From: Sedimentisphaerales bacterium
GTDB lineage: Bacteria > Planctomycetota > Phycisphaerae > Sedimentisphaerales > SM23-30
Assembly: GCA_963663805.2 (NCBI GenBank)
Contig: CAXXMR010000019.1
Coordinates: forward strand, 64,001 to 128,000
Length of the DNA stretch: 64,000 nucleotides
Direction of reading: 5' to 3'
In this document: piece by piece, positions 29,288-40,350 of the stretch
Layout: every line of letters starts with the position of its first letter
How positions within the stretch are numbered: position 1 is the first letter of the stretch
Made by a program: the position numbers and the translations under genes
The notes under the pieces: generated by a model
Told to the model about the DNA's origin: nothing
What the model saw: the letters and a program-made list of their open reading frames with translations, nothing else
The model's database searches: none

Positions 29288-29642
29288 ATCCGCCCGGCGA
29301 AATAACGGTCCATAAATCCTCTAATAACCGTGGTTAAAGTCATCTGCGATGGATCCTCGCCCCTTTCTTTAGGGGTGGTGTGTTTGTTTAAAAACAATAA
29401 CGCAAAGGATTAACTTTTTTGTCTCGAAAGACAGATTATGTTTTTCAATAGTGATTACTCTGTCAGTTTAAAAACTGTATTATTCTGTTAATCAATGGTT
29501 TATATAATTTTTGTCTTTTGCTGGTATTTTATAATATACTTGATATCTCCGGTTAGGCGTGCTATATTTAAGTAGCCTTAGCAAACGTTTGTGTTGTCTG
29601 AAAAAGCAAATCGAGCCAATTGTGATTCCCGGAGGTATCAGA

Positions 29643-30488
29643 ATGAGAGTTTGTGCGGAAAAATCCCGGCGTGCTTTTACCTTGATTGAGCTTCTGGTGG
29701 TGGTGGCTATTATCGCTTTGCTGGTCAGCATACTTATGCCGGCAATGGGCAAGGCGCGTGAAGCGGCCCGGCGGGTTTACTGTTTGTCCAGTCTGGGCGG
29801 GCTGACCAAGACCGCTACGGTTTATGGTTGTGACAATAAGGATAAATTTCCTTATCAGGCGGCGTATGGGAATTTGGTAGTACAGTTGAACCCGATAGAA
29901 AATTCTGAGCCGCCAGCGAATCCTAATCGATACCCGACCTGGGTTGAGAGTCTGAAGGATTATGTCGAGACTGATGAGTATTTCAGGTGCATGAGTGCCA
30001 AGGCTGAGGAGACCAATCCTGTCTATGCTCCTACCGAAAAGGATGATATTTCATATTGTGCTAATGGGGTGGTGAGTCATTTTGGCGGCAGGATAGGCGG
30101 CAGGCATAGCGATTTGGTTGCTTACTTTGGCAACGGTCGACGTGGCTGCTATTCGGTGGTTCGCCCCCGATGCCTTATAACTCCGTCCGGTTCAGCAGAT
30201 GCGGACTTAAAGGCCGCTGATGCCCGCATGGAAGTAGAGGCTGAATGGTCGGGGTGGATGCGTTACAGTAACAGCACGCTGGCAAATCGCGAGGGTGGTT
30301 TGATAGAGCAGCCCCACGAGGACGGCAAGTGCTACGGTTTTGTTGACGGCCATGCCGCTTACGCCAAGTGGGAAGACGTCACCTGCAAATGGATGGGGCT
30401 GCAAATAAATGGCGATTATGAGGCACAGGAGCCGATTGGCCCGACCAGCTATGGTGATGCTTCGCGTAAAGGTAAGATTATCAAATAG
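29643..30488 (+). CDS. Prepilin-type N-terminal cleavage / H-X9-DG domain protein (DUF1559-like)
   Basis: [31 protein letters not shown]...C; C-terminal [14 protein letters not shown]. Confidence 0.92.
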   Translation: MRVCAEKSRRAFTLIELLVVVAIIALLVSILMPAMGKAREAARRVYCLSSLGGLTKTATVYGCDNKDKFPYQAAYGNLVVQLNPIENSEPPANPNRYPTWVESLKDYVETDEYFRCMSAKAEETNPVYAPTEKDDISYCANGVVSHFGGRIGGRHSDLVAYFGNGRRGCYSVVRPRCLITPSGSADADLKAADARMEVEAEWSGWMRYSNSTLANREGGLIEQPHEDGKCYGFVDGHAAYAKWEDVTCKWMGLQINGDYEAQEPIGPTSYGDASRKGKIIK

Positions 30489-30501
30489 GCTTGGGTGGTG
30501 G

Positions 30502-31680
30502 TTATTGGTCGATTTCTATACCGATGATTGTTACGTCATCGCGGGGATGGAGCGAGCCTTCTTCGCTGTCGATTATCTGGAGGAGTTTTTCGCACATCTG
30601 CTGGATGGGCAGGTGGCCGAGGTCTGAGAATTCCTGGCGGAAGCGTAGGGGTTCGTCGGGGCCTTCGTTTACAAAGGCAAGCTCTACGCCGTCACTGTAA
30701 ATCAGCAACTTATCGCCGGGGTCGAGCTGGATGGTTTCGGTCTGGTATTCGGGGTCGGGGAAAACTCCAAGCAGGGTGCCGGATACTTCCAGTTCGGAGG
30801 TTTGGCCATTTTTGTTGATACGCATGGGGGCGGGGTGGCCGGCGGAAGCTACTTTAAGTTGGCGGGTTTTGGTGTTGAGTATACCGCAGCAGCAGGTGGC
30901 AAACTGGAAGTTACTGAGGTCCTGCTGAATCATTTGCTGGTTGAGCTCTGCCAGGGCAGCGCCTGGGGCGACGAGTTCGTAGCTGTGGCCTGAGATTTTT
31001 TTGGTGACGAGGGCTTGTTTGACGAAGATTGAGAGCAGGGCGGCGGGCATACCATGTCCGACCACGTCTGCCAGCCAGAAACCGATATTATTTTCGTCCA
31101 GTCGGCCCAGTTCGTAGATGTCTCCTGAAACCCATGTGGCGGGTCGGAAAATGGAGGCGAATTTGTAGCCGGGTGTTTCGGGCAGTGTCCTGGGCAGGAA
31201 ATCTCGTTGCAGCCGACCTGCGAGCCTCATTTCCTCGTCAACAGCATTAAAAAACGAGTCGAGCGGCTGTCGAGCGAAATTAGCGTGTTTAAGTTCGGCG
31301 GAAAGCCGTTTCAGTTTGGGGGCCATCTCCAGCATCATGGCTAATCGGCCTTTTAACATCTCCGGGGATTCAGATTGTTTGACCAGAAACCCTTGTTTAT
31401 TCCCGGTTGGCCCTTCCTGTCCTGTCTGGTCGGCCAGAATCATTGTTTCGACAGCGAGCTTATCGAGTTTTTCGGTAAGCTCTTTCATGTCAGAGTCTTC
31501 TATTTCTTCTATTCGGGCCAGAACTGCCGCTTCAGGTGCGAAAAACGTTTGGTTTTCTACTATTACTTCCTGGCAACTGCAACTTTGAAACTTTACCTGC
31601 AAATCATTTAGCGCGTTTTCCAGCGACTGTGGGGTTTGGCCGTCGGGTGTGATTATCAGAACCTGGCTGCTGATTGTCAT
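30502..31680 (-). CDS. PP2C/SpoIIE (RsbU-like) Ser/Thr phosphatase
   Basis: VSGDIY, ADVVGHG, SAGHP, YSDG, DDVT. Confidence 0.92.
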   Translation of the reverse strand: MTISSQVLIITPDGQTPQSLENALNDLQVKFQSCSCQEVIVENQTFFAPEAAVLARIEEIEDSDMKELTEKLDKLAVETMILADQTGQEGPTGNKQGFLVKQSESPEMLKGRLAMMLEMAPKLKRLSAELKHANFARQPLDSFFNAVDEEMRLAGRLQRDFLPRTLPETPGYKFASIFRPATWVSGDIYELGRLDENNIGFWLADVVGHGMPAALLSIFVKQALVTKKISGHSYELVAPGAALAELNQQMIQQDLSNFQFATCCCGILNTKTRQLKVASAGHPAPMRINKNGQTSELEVSGTLLGVFPDPEYQTETIQLDPGDKLLIYSDGVELAFVNEGPDEPLRFRQEFSDLGHLPIQQMCEKLLQIIDSEEGSLHPRDDVTIIGIEIDQ

Positions 31681-31987
31681 TCTCGTATCCGTTCTACCCC
31701 GTTGGGGGAGGGTGTTGGGCGTGCCATGTTTGGAAGGCCCGAAATATATTATCTTATATATATTTTTTCGACTGTATGGGGGTAGGGCTTTAGGGCAGTT
31801 TTGCCAGATTCAAAAGAAAATAACAGGCAAGGTGATTATTTCTTTAAGGTTATTCAAGTAAGGTAGTTACGTTATTTGTGCCGGGGACGCAGCCGAATTT
31901 AGCCTGTTGGGAGCGTCTTGGTGCATATGGGGGACGCGGCTGTTAGTTATCGGCGTTGTCGCACGCAGGTTCTTGTCTGACAAGGAC

Positions 31988-32050
31988 TAACAAAATATTG
32001 AGAAAAAACGCTAAAAAGCCGATTGACTATACTAGATGTAGTGGTAAGAT
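31988..32050 (+). promoter_or_regulatory. nrdJ promoter with tandem NrdR boxes
   Basis: TAACAAAATATTGAGA (31988-32003) and ATACTAGATGTAGTGG (32029-32044), 41 bp apart, fit the acaCwAtATaTwGtg consensus; the second fills the spacer of TTGACT-N16-TAAGAT. Confidence 0.75.
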
Positions 32051-32365
32051 GAATGCCTTGATCGTGAGACTTTGTTGATCAAACTGTTAGTAGTATTTTT
32101 TTACTGTTGTAATTAGGTTAGCACTCCGGGCGACGTAATCGTCTGTCCCAAAAAACCACGGGGAACTTGCCTCTATAGGCTGGCTTCCCAGAGCGACCAG
32201 CTCAAGTGAAAAACTACATCCCGGCAAATGGAACCCCGCTATTTTGACAGGGATTTTGCGCGCCTATTGTGCCACATATTGGGAATAAGGTTGATTGGCC
32301 TACTAGCAGTTGGGGTTATTATAGTATATAATATATAGATAGAGAGCAAGTAAGGAGTATACATC

Positions 32366-35300
32366 ATGACAGCCAATTCGGAAAAGACGCATTCTGTGAG
32401 TAAAGAGTCCACCAGCAAACTTCGCGACGGTGCCAAAGAGGTTCTCAAATCTCGGCAGATGCGAATTCAGAGATATTTCAGTCAGGCGGGCATACATCCT
32501 TTTGAGCAGTTGGAATGGGAGATTCGGACGGCGAAAATATCAGGGGAAAAGGGGGAAATCGTATTTGAGCAGAACGATGTGGAAGTACCAGCCGGTATGT
32601 CGCAGTTGGCTACTCAGGTGATAGCCAGCAAATATTTTTATGGTGAGATTGGTACGTCTGAGCGTGAGCGTTCTTTTAAGGAACTGGTTCACCGGGTCAG
32701 CCGTACTATTGCTGACTGGGGTTTTGAGGATGGTTTGTTCGGCAGTGAGGAGCAACGCGAACTGTTTTATGAGGAATTGACCTGGCTGACGGTCAATCAG
32801 TACGCGGCGTTTAATTCGCCGGTGTGGTTTAATGTTGGGCTGCATCATGTCAAGGGTGTCTCCGGCAGCAAGCATAATTATCACTGGGCGCCGGAAACCG
32901 AGACCATCGAGCCTTGCGAAAACAGTTATGAATTTCCGCAGGCTTCGGCGTGCTTTATCCAAAAAGTCGGGGACACTATGGAAGACATCATGAGCCTCGC
33001 GACCAGCGAAGCGATGCTCTTCAAACATGGCAGCGGGACAGGTACTGATTTATCGACCTTGCGTTCCAGTCGCGAAAAACTAAGCGGGGGCGGTCGTCCT
33101 TCGGGGCCTTTGAGTTTCATGAGAGTTTTTGACCAAATCGCAGCGGTTGTTAAAAGCGGCGGCAAGACTCGTCGGGCTGCCAAGATGCAGTCGCTGAAGA
33201 TTCATCACCCCGACATTCGCGAGTTTATTTGCTGCAAGATGGACGAAGAGAAAAAAGCCTGGGCCCTTATCGAGCAGGGGTATGACGGCAATTATAATGG
33301 GGACGCTTACGGCAGTGTAATGTTCCAGAACGCCAATCTTTCCGTAAGGATAACGGATGAGTTCATGGAAGCCGTAGAAAAAGGCGGAACATTTGAAACT
33401 ATAGCTGTAACGACCAACAAGGTGGTCGAGAAGATTGATGCTGGCGAAATAATGGATTTGATAGCCGAGGGCACGCGGATTTGCGGCGACCCGGGCTTGC
33501 AGTATGACACGACCATCAACAACTGGCACACCTGTCCTAACAGTGGTCGTATCAACGCCAGTAATCCTTGCAGCGAATATATGTTCGTTGATAATTCGGC
33601 GTGCAATCTAGCGAGTTTGAATTTGATGAAATTTCGTCGTGAAGACGGCAGTATAGATGTTGAAAGTTTGCGTAAGGCGGTTCGCGTGATTATTATCGCT
33701 CAGGAGCTGCTGGTTGATCGCGGCAGCTATCCGACCGCGGAGATTGCCAAGAATTCGCATGATTTTCGGCCTTTGGGTCTGGGTTACGCGAATCTGGGAT
33801 GTTTGTTGATGTCTTTGGGTTTGCCTTATGACAGTGATCAGGGTCGGGCTTTGGCTGCATCGATTACGGCGGTTATGACGGGTACGGCTTATCGTGTCAG
33901 CGCCGAGCTGGCGGAGGCTTTGGGGACATTCAACGAATTTGAACAGAATCGCAAGCCCATGCTGAAAGTGATTCGTCGGCATCGTGATGCGGTAAACGAA
34001 ATCAATGAGCTGTGCTGTTCGGAAGATTTATACGCGGCGGCTGGTCAGGCCTGGCAGGAGGCTCTCTCTGTGGGTGAGAAGTTTGGCTATCGCAATAGTC
34101 AGGTGACGGTTCTGGCGCCGACTGGCACGATTGGTTTTATGATGGACTGCGACACAACCGGTATTGAGCCTGACATCGCGTTGGTGAAGTATAAACTTCT
34201 GGCGGGCGGGGGCATGTTGAAGATTGTGAATAATACGGTAAAAATGGCTTTGGAGCGTCTGGGTTATGACCAGAAGCAGATAGCTAATATCGTAGCGGCC
34301 ATCGAAGAAGACGATACCATCGAAACCGCCGCGGATTTGGAGCCGGAACATTTGCCGGTTTTTGACTGTGCGTTCAAGGCGGCCAAGGGCAAGCGTTCGA
34401 TTCATTATCTTGCCCATGTTAAGATGATGGCAGCGACTCAGCCTTTCCTTTCGGGTGCGATAAGCAAGACGGTTAATATGCCGACCGAAAGTACGGCAGA
34501 TGATATTCGCGAAGTATACATGACGGCTTGGCGGCTGGGACTGAAGGCTGTGGCGATTTATCGTGACGGTTCGAAGCGTTCTCAGCCGGTCTCCAGTAAG
34601 AAAGGCAATAACACACTCGGCAAAGAGCAGGCTTCAGAAGCCGCGGTCGAGACCAAAGTAAAAATAGTGACGGAAAACCGGCCCTTCAGAAAGCGTCTTC
34701 CCCAGACGCGGCAAAGTCTCACGCATAAATTTGATGTGGCCGGCCATGAGGGTTACCTGACGGTGGGGTTGTACGAGGACGGACAGCCTGGTGAGTTGTT
34801 TATCACCATGGCCAAGGAGGGCAGCACCGTTGGGGGCCTGATGGACGCTTTTGGGACATGTATCTCGATGGCATTGCAATATGGCGTTCCGCTGGATACT
34901 CTGATTAAGAAGTTCAGTCACTCTCGGTTTGAGCCGGCAGGCATGACGACCAACCGCGAAATACCTTTCGCCAAGAGTCTGATTGATTATATCTCACGCT
35001 GGCTGGGCATGACGTTCCTGCCGGGCTACTATGAAGCCAACGCACCCAAGCGCGGCGACGGCAAGGATAGCAAACCCGTCACGCCTCGGGTAAGTATTCC
35101 GGTACGCAAGACCGAAACAAAAGCTGAAGGCTCGACAGAAAACAACGATGCCAATAAGGGGACAGTTAAATCAGTTCAGCAATCGGCTGGAAGCCCCTGA
35201 TTGGTATGGTAAACAAATCCGCGGGGGAAGGTGGGATGCAGCTTCAGGAAAGTGAAGTGCTGGGCATCTTCAATCAGCAGTTCAGCCATTTTCAGTCGGA

Positions 35301-35395
35301 CGCTCCGGCCTGTGATGTCTGCGGTTCGATTACCGTGCGGAACGGCAACTGCTACCGCTGTCACAACTGCGGCTTCGTCGATGGGTTGCAGCTAA
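32366..35395 (+). CDS. nrdJ: Vitamin B12-dependent (class II) ribonucleotide reductase; C-terminal zinc ribbon split by two frameshifts
   Basis: FNSPVWFN, SACFI, SNPCSE, CNLASLN, APTGTI, YRDGSK; the tail CDVCG..CHNCG-SSMGCS* is recovered after shifts at about 35197 and 35374. Confidence 0.95.
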
Positions 35396-35422
35396 ACTGT
35401 GTTTATAATTTCGCTCTTTTCG

Positions 35423-35459
35423 CGGTGCGTTGGAAAGGATTCCTTCGCACCGTTTTTTT
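35423..35459 (+). terminator. Terminator after nrdJ
   Basis: CGGTGCG/CGCACCG stem followed by T7. Confidence 0.8.
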
Positions 35460-35465
35460 ACGCGC

Positions 35466-35500
35466 AAAAAAAAGACTGACGTCGATTTGACGCCAGTCTT
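35466..35500 (-). terminator. Terminator of the convergent secreted-protein gene
   Basis: AAGACTG.CGTC/GACG.CAGTCTT stem with an A-run on its left. Confidence 0.78.
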
Positions 35501-35529
35501 TGTGGTAATAATATGGTTTAATAGTTTCC

Positions 35530-37202
35530 TTACGGCGAGGTCATTAGCCATTCCGAAGCCAGTATCGCAAAGTCTATCAGGTCAACTTTGCAGCTGCCGT
35601 CCAGGTCAGCGGTCAGACCCGGACATTTAGGCGCATTGGTGGTAAGCTCAAATGCCAGGTCAAACCATTCGCCTTGCGGATACATTTCCGGGTTCGGCAG
35701 CAGCAGAGGGAAGAAATTCGCGACAAAGGTGTCATGCACCGCGAACGGCGGTAAGGCACCGTCTAGCGACGTAATCACAACGGCTGCATCGGGGGCCTTT
35801 TCTGGATTATAAGGTTTGGTCTTCCAGCCCCAGGGATGTAGAACCTCTGTTACCGTCCAGATACACCGCGGCAATACTCAGCCAGTAGACATTGCCCACT
35901 TTCGGGGTCTGCCATGGGTTGCTGATAGAAATAGTCTTCCTCGTCCAGCAGTTGATTGAACTGGAAGCAGGCTTCGTTTTCCTGGGGCAGTCCCCAGCAG
36001 CTGGCGATTGTATTCGACAATGTCAATGTATTCAAATCTGGGGTCGAGGTCATAGCCGGCGAAGTTGGAAACCCACTTATAGCAACGGTGCTGCCAAAGC
36101 AATTTGTCCGGCCGACTGGGAATCCCGTTTGCAGGGTCGCCGGGAATATCCGACCAGATGCACATCTGGAAATAATCCGGCACCTGGGGTGGTAGATGGG
36201 GCTGGTCCCAGCCGACAAATGAACCCCACCAATGTAAATCGGTGATGGGTCTTTCATCCATGCATACCCAATCGTCAGCGGCCATGGTAATGGAGACACC
36301 CTGGTCAGGATTTTCCGGAATCACCGAACGGACATCCCAGCCGTAAATCAACGGCGTTGCTTCTTCAATCGCAACAAAAGGCGGCTGACTGTATTTTACA
36401 TGAATGCCTTTATAGGCTTTGATGTTTTTTTTGACTACCATGACATCCCTGCCAGTAGTTCCAGATTCTTTGAATTTGTATCGGCATAGCTCCACCCGGC
36501 GGAATCGGAGTAGGGCCGCCGACCCAGGCCGAGTTTTCGTCCCGCCAGAAAGCTCATTGCCTGAGTGATGTCAAAGGCAGGGTTATTCATAAATCCGGAA
36601 GCCATTGGTGTTGTTGCGCCAATCCCCAATACGGAGGTGTCAATAGTGACGGTTGTGGGGAGATTGTAAGGGATATTCATGGGCACCTGCCACCACCAGG
36701 ACCGGATATTGCCATTGATATCCTTGATACCAAACGAAATTGCGTTGATACCGCTGACCTGGGGCGGAATTACTGTCACGGTGATAATGCAATTGCTGAT
36801 ATCCGGGTCCACGCCGTATTCCATAATAAACGCCACTGGAGAAATTACCTGCTGACATCCAGTCGTCTCCCCAGGCCATGACCAGTCCGGCTTCTTCGGG
36901 TGGATCGGCTCCGCCACCTTCCAGGCCTTCGTAGACATAAAGTTCCGGTTCGTAAAATACTGTTGGCTGGCCCAGGTTATAAGGTTCGCCGTCCTTAAGG
37001 AAGCTGCCCCCACTGCTGTAATGTAACTGCATGGGTCGGGTGAGTCCCATTCGAGCGGAGACATTGGTCGCGTGAATGGTCCATCGCCTATCCAACTTAG
37101 GGAGTTGTCCCAATGGGTGTAGCTATCGATGAGGAAATATGGTGAGCCCAACGCAGGCAAAGCCAACAATCCGACGATGAAGAGAATTATAGTTTTCTTC
37201 AT
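35530..37202 (-). pseudogene. Secreted multidomain protein with C-terminal dockerin-like/EF-hand motif, broken by multiple frameshifts (pseudogene or assembly error)
   Basis: Signal peptide MKKTIILFIVGLLALPALG; protein-like segments alternate across five overlapping ORFs (EAGLVMAWG, KYSQPP..ADDW.C...PITDLHWWGS, WGWKT, ADLDGSCKVDLIDFAILASEWL). Confidence 0.75.
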
Positions 37203-37439
37203 GATACAACCTCCAAAAAGAGTGTTAGAAAGGGGTTCGAGCAGACGACACTCAACCCGTGATTGATTACCAGGTACAATCGATACAACAACTTGGCTGG
37301 GGATAAAGAAATCATTCCCAGACCACACAGAATCATAACAGAATAAATGCTGGTTGTCAACCCAATGAGACAAATAACTGGGAATTAATAAACTTATAAT
37401 CCCCGCCCGGCCCCTTAACATTTGCGTAACTCACAGTTA

Positions 37440-38138
37440 TTACTCGCTGCCAAAAGCGCAATGTTGCCTTAATACGCACTCTAAGCAGTGTGGACGACGG
37501 GCAAATACAGGTTTTTCGACCGTGCCAAATCAGTAGATGGCTCAGGTCGGCCCAATCTGCCTCCGGGAAAAGCTCCATCAAATCGTATTCGAGTTTTACC
37601 GGGTCATTATTTTTCGACAGGCCCAGCAGGCGTGACAGGCGAATCACGTGCGTATCGGTCACGACCGCGGGGATGCCGTAGGCGTTGGCCAGCACGACGT
37701 TTGCGGTTTTACGACCTACGCCGGGCAGGTCGGTCAGTTCTTCTCTGGTTTGGGGGACTTTGCCTTTGTGTTTGCCGACAATGTCACCACAGGCAGCGAT
37801 TATATTTTTCGTTTTGTTGCGAAAGAATCCCGTTGAGCGAATATCGTTTTCCAGTTCGCTTTGCTCAGCTTCAGCGAAGGCGCGAGCGGAACGATATTTT
37901 TTTGAACAGGTCTTTAGTGACCATGTTGACACGCTGGTCAGTACACTGAGCCGAAAGAATTGTACTAATGAGAAGTTGCAGCGGGTTTTTGTGGACAAGC
38001 TCGGCAATGAGCGTCGGGGAATTCTTTTTTGAGAAGTTTTAGTATTTCAATTGCCCGGTCGGGAGCGGTTTTAAGCTGCGCTGCTGTCGGTTTAAACTTA
38101 ACCGAGTTAGGGATTTTGCCGGCGTCTTTTTTTGCCAT
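37440..38138 (-). CDS. nth: Endonuclease III, interrupted by three +1 frameshifts (probable sequence errors)
   Basis: Reconstructed ELVHKNPLQLLISTILSAQCTD.RVN; LPGVGRKTANVV; DTHV.R; C.ARRP.C..C.L...C Fe-S motif. Confidence 0.9.
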
Positions 38139-39027
38139 TAGTAATTACCTTGTTTTGGCGGTCCCAGGCTTTCTTGCCGACAGGGACAGGTTGACACTGG
38201 GGGCAAAAATGAGTTGAGCGTCCGCCCAGCACAAATTTCTCGATAGGTGTTTTACATTTTTTGCAAGGCTGTCCCTGTCGCTGATATACCTTGAGCATTT
38301 TGAGGAAGCGGCCCATCTGGCCGTAAGCGTTACGGTAGTCACTGAAACTTGTCCCGCCCTGCTCGATGGATTTTTTCAGGATACGACCGATAGCTTTGCG
38401 AAGTTTTTCCGCGGTTTGTGGTGAAATCGTTTCGCTTACGGTAATCGGATGGATGCCCGCAGCGAAAAGCGATTCATCGACATAAATATTGCCCAGCCCC
38501 GCGATTTTTTGCTGGTCCAGCAGTAAAGTCTTAACTGCTCTCAGTCCCTGAAGCGTTGTTAGGAAATTTGCCTTGGAAATCGCCAACGGCTCCGGCCCCA
38601 TCTTCGACATGCCGACTGCTTCCATCGCCGGGTCGGGATTGGCAATGTCCAGTGCTTCGATAAAACACACCCGGCCGAACCGCCGCACATCGACGAAACG
38701 AAGTTGTTTGCCGTTGTCCAGGTTGACCAGCATATGAGTATGCTTTGCCGACTCATCGCTCGGCTCATGAATAACAAACCGTCCGGTCATGCCCAGTTGG
38801 ATAATAATGTCGAGAGGTGAATCGGTAATAATAATAAGCCGTTTGCCGCGTCGGGTAATTTTGGTGATTTTACTGTTGGTGAGAGTCTGGACGGCTTTTT
38901 GGGCTTTGCTTTTGAAAGGCCCGCGCAAAACCAGCGGCTGAATGACCTTGATAGATTCAATCCGACAGCCAAGTATTTCCTGTCGCAAACCAATAGCGAT
39001 ATTTTCAACTTCGGGCAGTTCCGGCAC
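38107..39027 (-). CDS. mutM: Formamidopyrimidine-DNA glycosylase
   Basis: MPELPEVE, LGMTG, D.RRFG, AGLGNIY.DE, C-terminal CKKC/CPQC zinc finger. Confidence 0.97.
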   Translation of the reverse strand: MPELPEVENIAIGLRQEILGCRIESIKVIQPLVLRGPFKSKAQKAVQTLTNSKITKITRRGKRLIIITDSPLDIIIQLGMTGRFVIHEPSDESAKHTHMLVNLDNGKQLRFVDVRRFGRVCFIEALDIANPDPAMEAVGMSKMGPEPLAISKANFLTTLQGLRAVKTLLLDQQKIAGLGNIYVDESLFAAGIHPITVSETISPQTAEKLRKAIGRILKKSIEQGGTSFSDYRNAYGQMGRFLKMLKVYQRQGQPCKKCKTPIEKFVLGGRSTHFCPQCQPVPVGKKAWDRQNKVITNGKKRRRQNP

Positions 39028-39119
39028 CAGGCGTTCCTTTCATCATTTTCTGATTCTAGGCCCGCTAATCCCGCCAGGCAACTTAAAATAGTAGGGCATT
39101 TTTATGGGTCAGGGAGTAT

Positions 39120-40031
39120 TCAGGGACGGGGGTGGTATTTCTTATGTATCCCTCTGAGGTGTTCCTGGTCAACGTGGGTGTAGATTTGGGTGGTGGTGAC
39201 ATTTACATGGCCGAGCATTTCCTGAACCGAGCGGAGGTCGGCTCCGCCCTGAAGCAAGTGGGTTCCGAAGCAGTGTCGCAGGGTGTGGGGTGTGACCTTT
39301 CCTATCATTCCTGCGTTTCGGGCGGTTCGTTTGACGATGCGCCAGATTTCGATACGGTCCAGCGGTCGGCCGGTACGCGAAACAAAAAGGTTCTGAGTAG
39401 TTTTAGTGCCGACAAGTATAGGCCGTAATTCTTTAAGGTAAGTGGTGACCAGATTTAGAGCGTGTTGATGGACGGGGACGACTCTTTCTTTTCGGCCTTT
39501 ACCGAAGCAGCGTAGGAATCCTATCTGGAAATTTATATTTTCAATTTGCAGGTCCGCTATTTCCGAAGCCCTCATTCCGGTGGCATAGAGTAGTTCCAGA
39601 AGAGCCCGGTCGCGCATCGCTAGTGAACTTTCCGGGTCAACCGCGGCGAGCAGTTCGTTGGTCCGCTGTTTGGTGAGGACGCGGGGCAGACGCTGCCAGG
39701 TTTTGGGTGATTCGATGACCTGACAGATGTCGGTTTTAATCTGAGAGGTCAGCAGATGAAAGCGCAGGAACATTTTTACCGCGGAAAGATGCCGGGCGAT
39801 GGTAGCGGTGGAAAGTTTCAGATTGAAAAGTTCGCGGGCGAAGTTCTGAACATCCAGCGGTTTAATGATGTTGGGGTCGCGTAGCTGTTTTTCGGTGCAG
39901 AATTCCGCGAAACGCCGGATGTCTCGATGGTAGGCCAGGACGGTATTTTCGGTCAGGCCACATTCGGCATCGAGATAACCGAGAAATGGTTTAATCTGAT
40001 TTTGGGGCCAATTTCCCTGGGGTGGAGTCAT
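39120..40031 (-). CDS. xerD: Tyrosine recombinase XerD
   Basis: RDRALLELLYATGMR.SE, GKGRKER, TPHTLRH.F.THLL.GGADLR.VQEMLGH...TTQIYT. Confidence 0.93.
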   Translation of the reverse strand: MTPPQGNWPQNQIKPFLGYLDAECGLTENTVLAYHRDIRRFAEFCTEKQLRDPNIIKPLDVQNFARELFNLKLSTATIARHLSAVKMFLRFHLLTSQIKTDICQVIESPKTWQRLPRVLTKQRTNELLAAVDPESSLAMRDRALLELLYATGMRASEIADLQIENINFQIGFLRCFGKGRKERVVPVHQHALNLVTTYLKELRPILVGTKTTQNLFVSRTGRPLDRIEIWRIVKRTARNAGMIGKVTPHTLRHCFGTHLLQGGADLRSVQEMLGHVNVTTTQIYTHVDQEHLRGIHKKYHPRP

Positions 40032-40052
40032 TACGACAGTCCTTTGCGGCGA

Positions 40053-40256
40053 TCAAAGGAAAAAACTTATTAGTAATGTGTTTCCGGGGGTGACGGCAAC
40101 TAACTCAAGCTGTTGGGGTTGCTGCTGGCTGAGTTCGAGATATAGTGGGCAGAACATATATTTGTCAGTGCAATGCTCGAACGCTTCGGAAAGATGGCTG
40201 AGATTAAGGGTCTCACTACAGCGGGGGTAGTTAAGGTCAATATATGGACAACTCAT
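40053..40256 (-). CDS. Small Cys-rich hypothetical protein
   Basis: 67 aa, four spaced Cys, GAGG upstream, co-oriented with xerD. Confidence 0.6.
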   Translation of the reverse strand: MSCPYIDLNYPRCSETLNLSHLSEAFEHCTDKYMFCPLYLELSQQQPQQLELVAVTPGNTLLISFFL

Positions 40257-40350
40257 CTTTAATCCTCAAAAAATCACGTTACCAATACTGATTATCGTCT
40301 TTTTAACGCGATTTGGTTGAATAACGTTAGGTGAGTTGTGCGATTGCCGG

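Noticed and set aside
35206..35490. Separate zinc-ribbon gene after nrdJ
   Set aside because: It is the normal NrdJ C-terminus split off by homopolymer indels
39120..40031. Integrase of a mobile element
   Set aside because: Sequence is typical housekeeping XerD in core-gene context; no att sites seen
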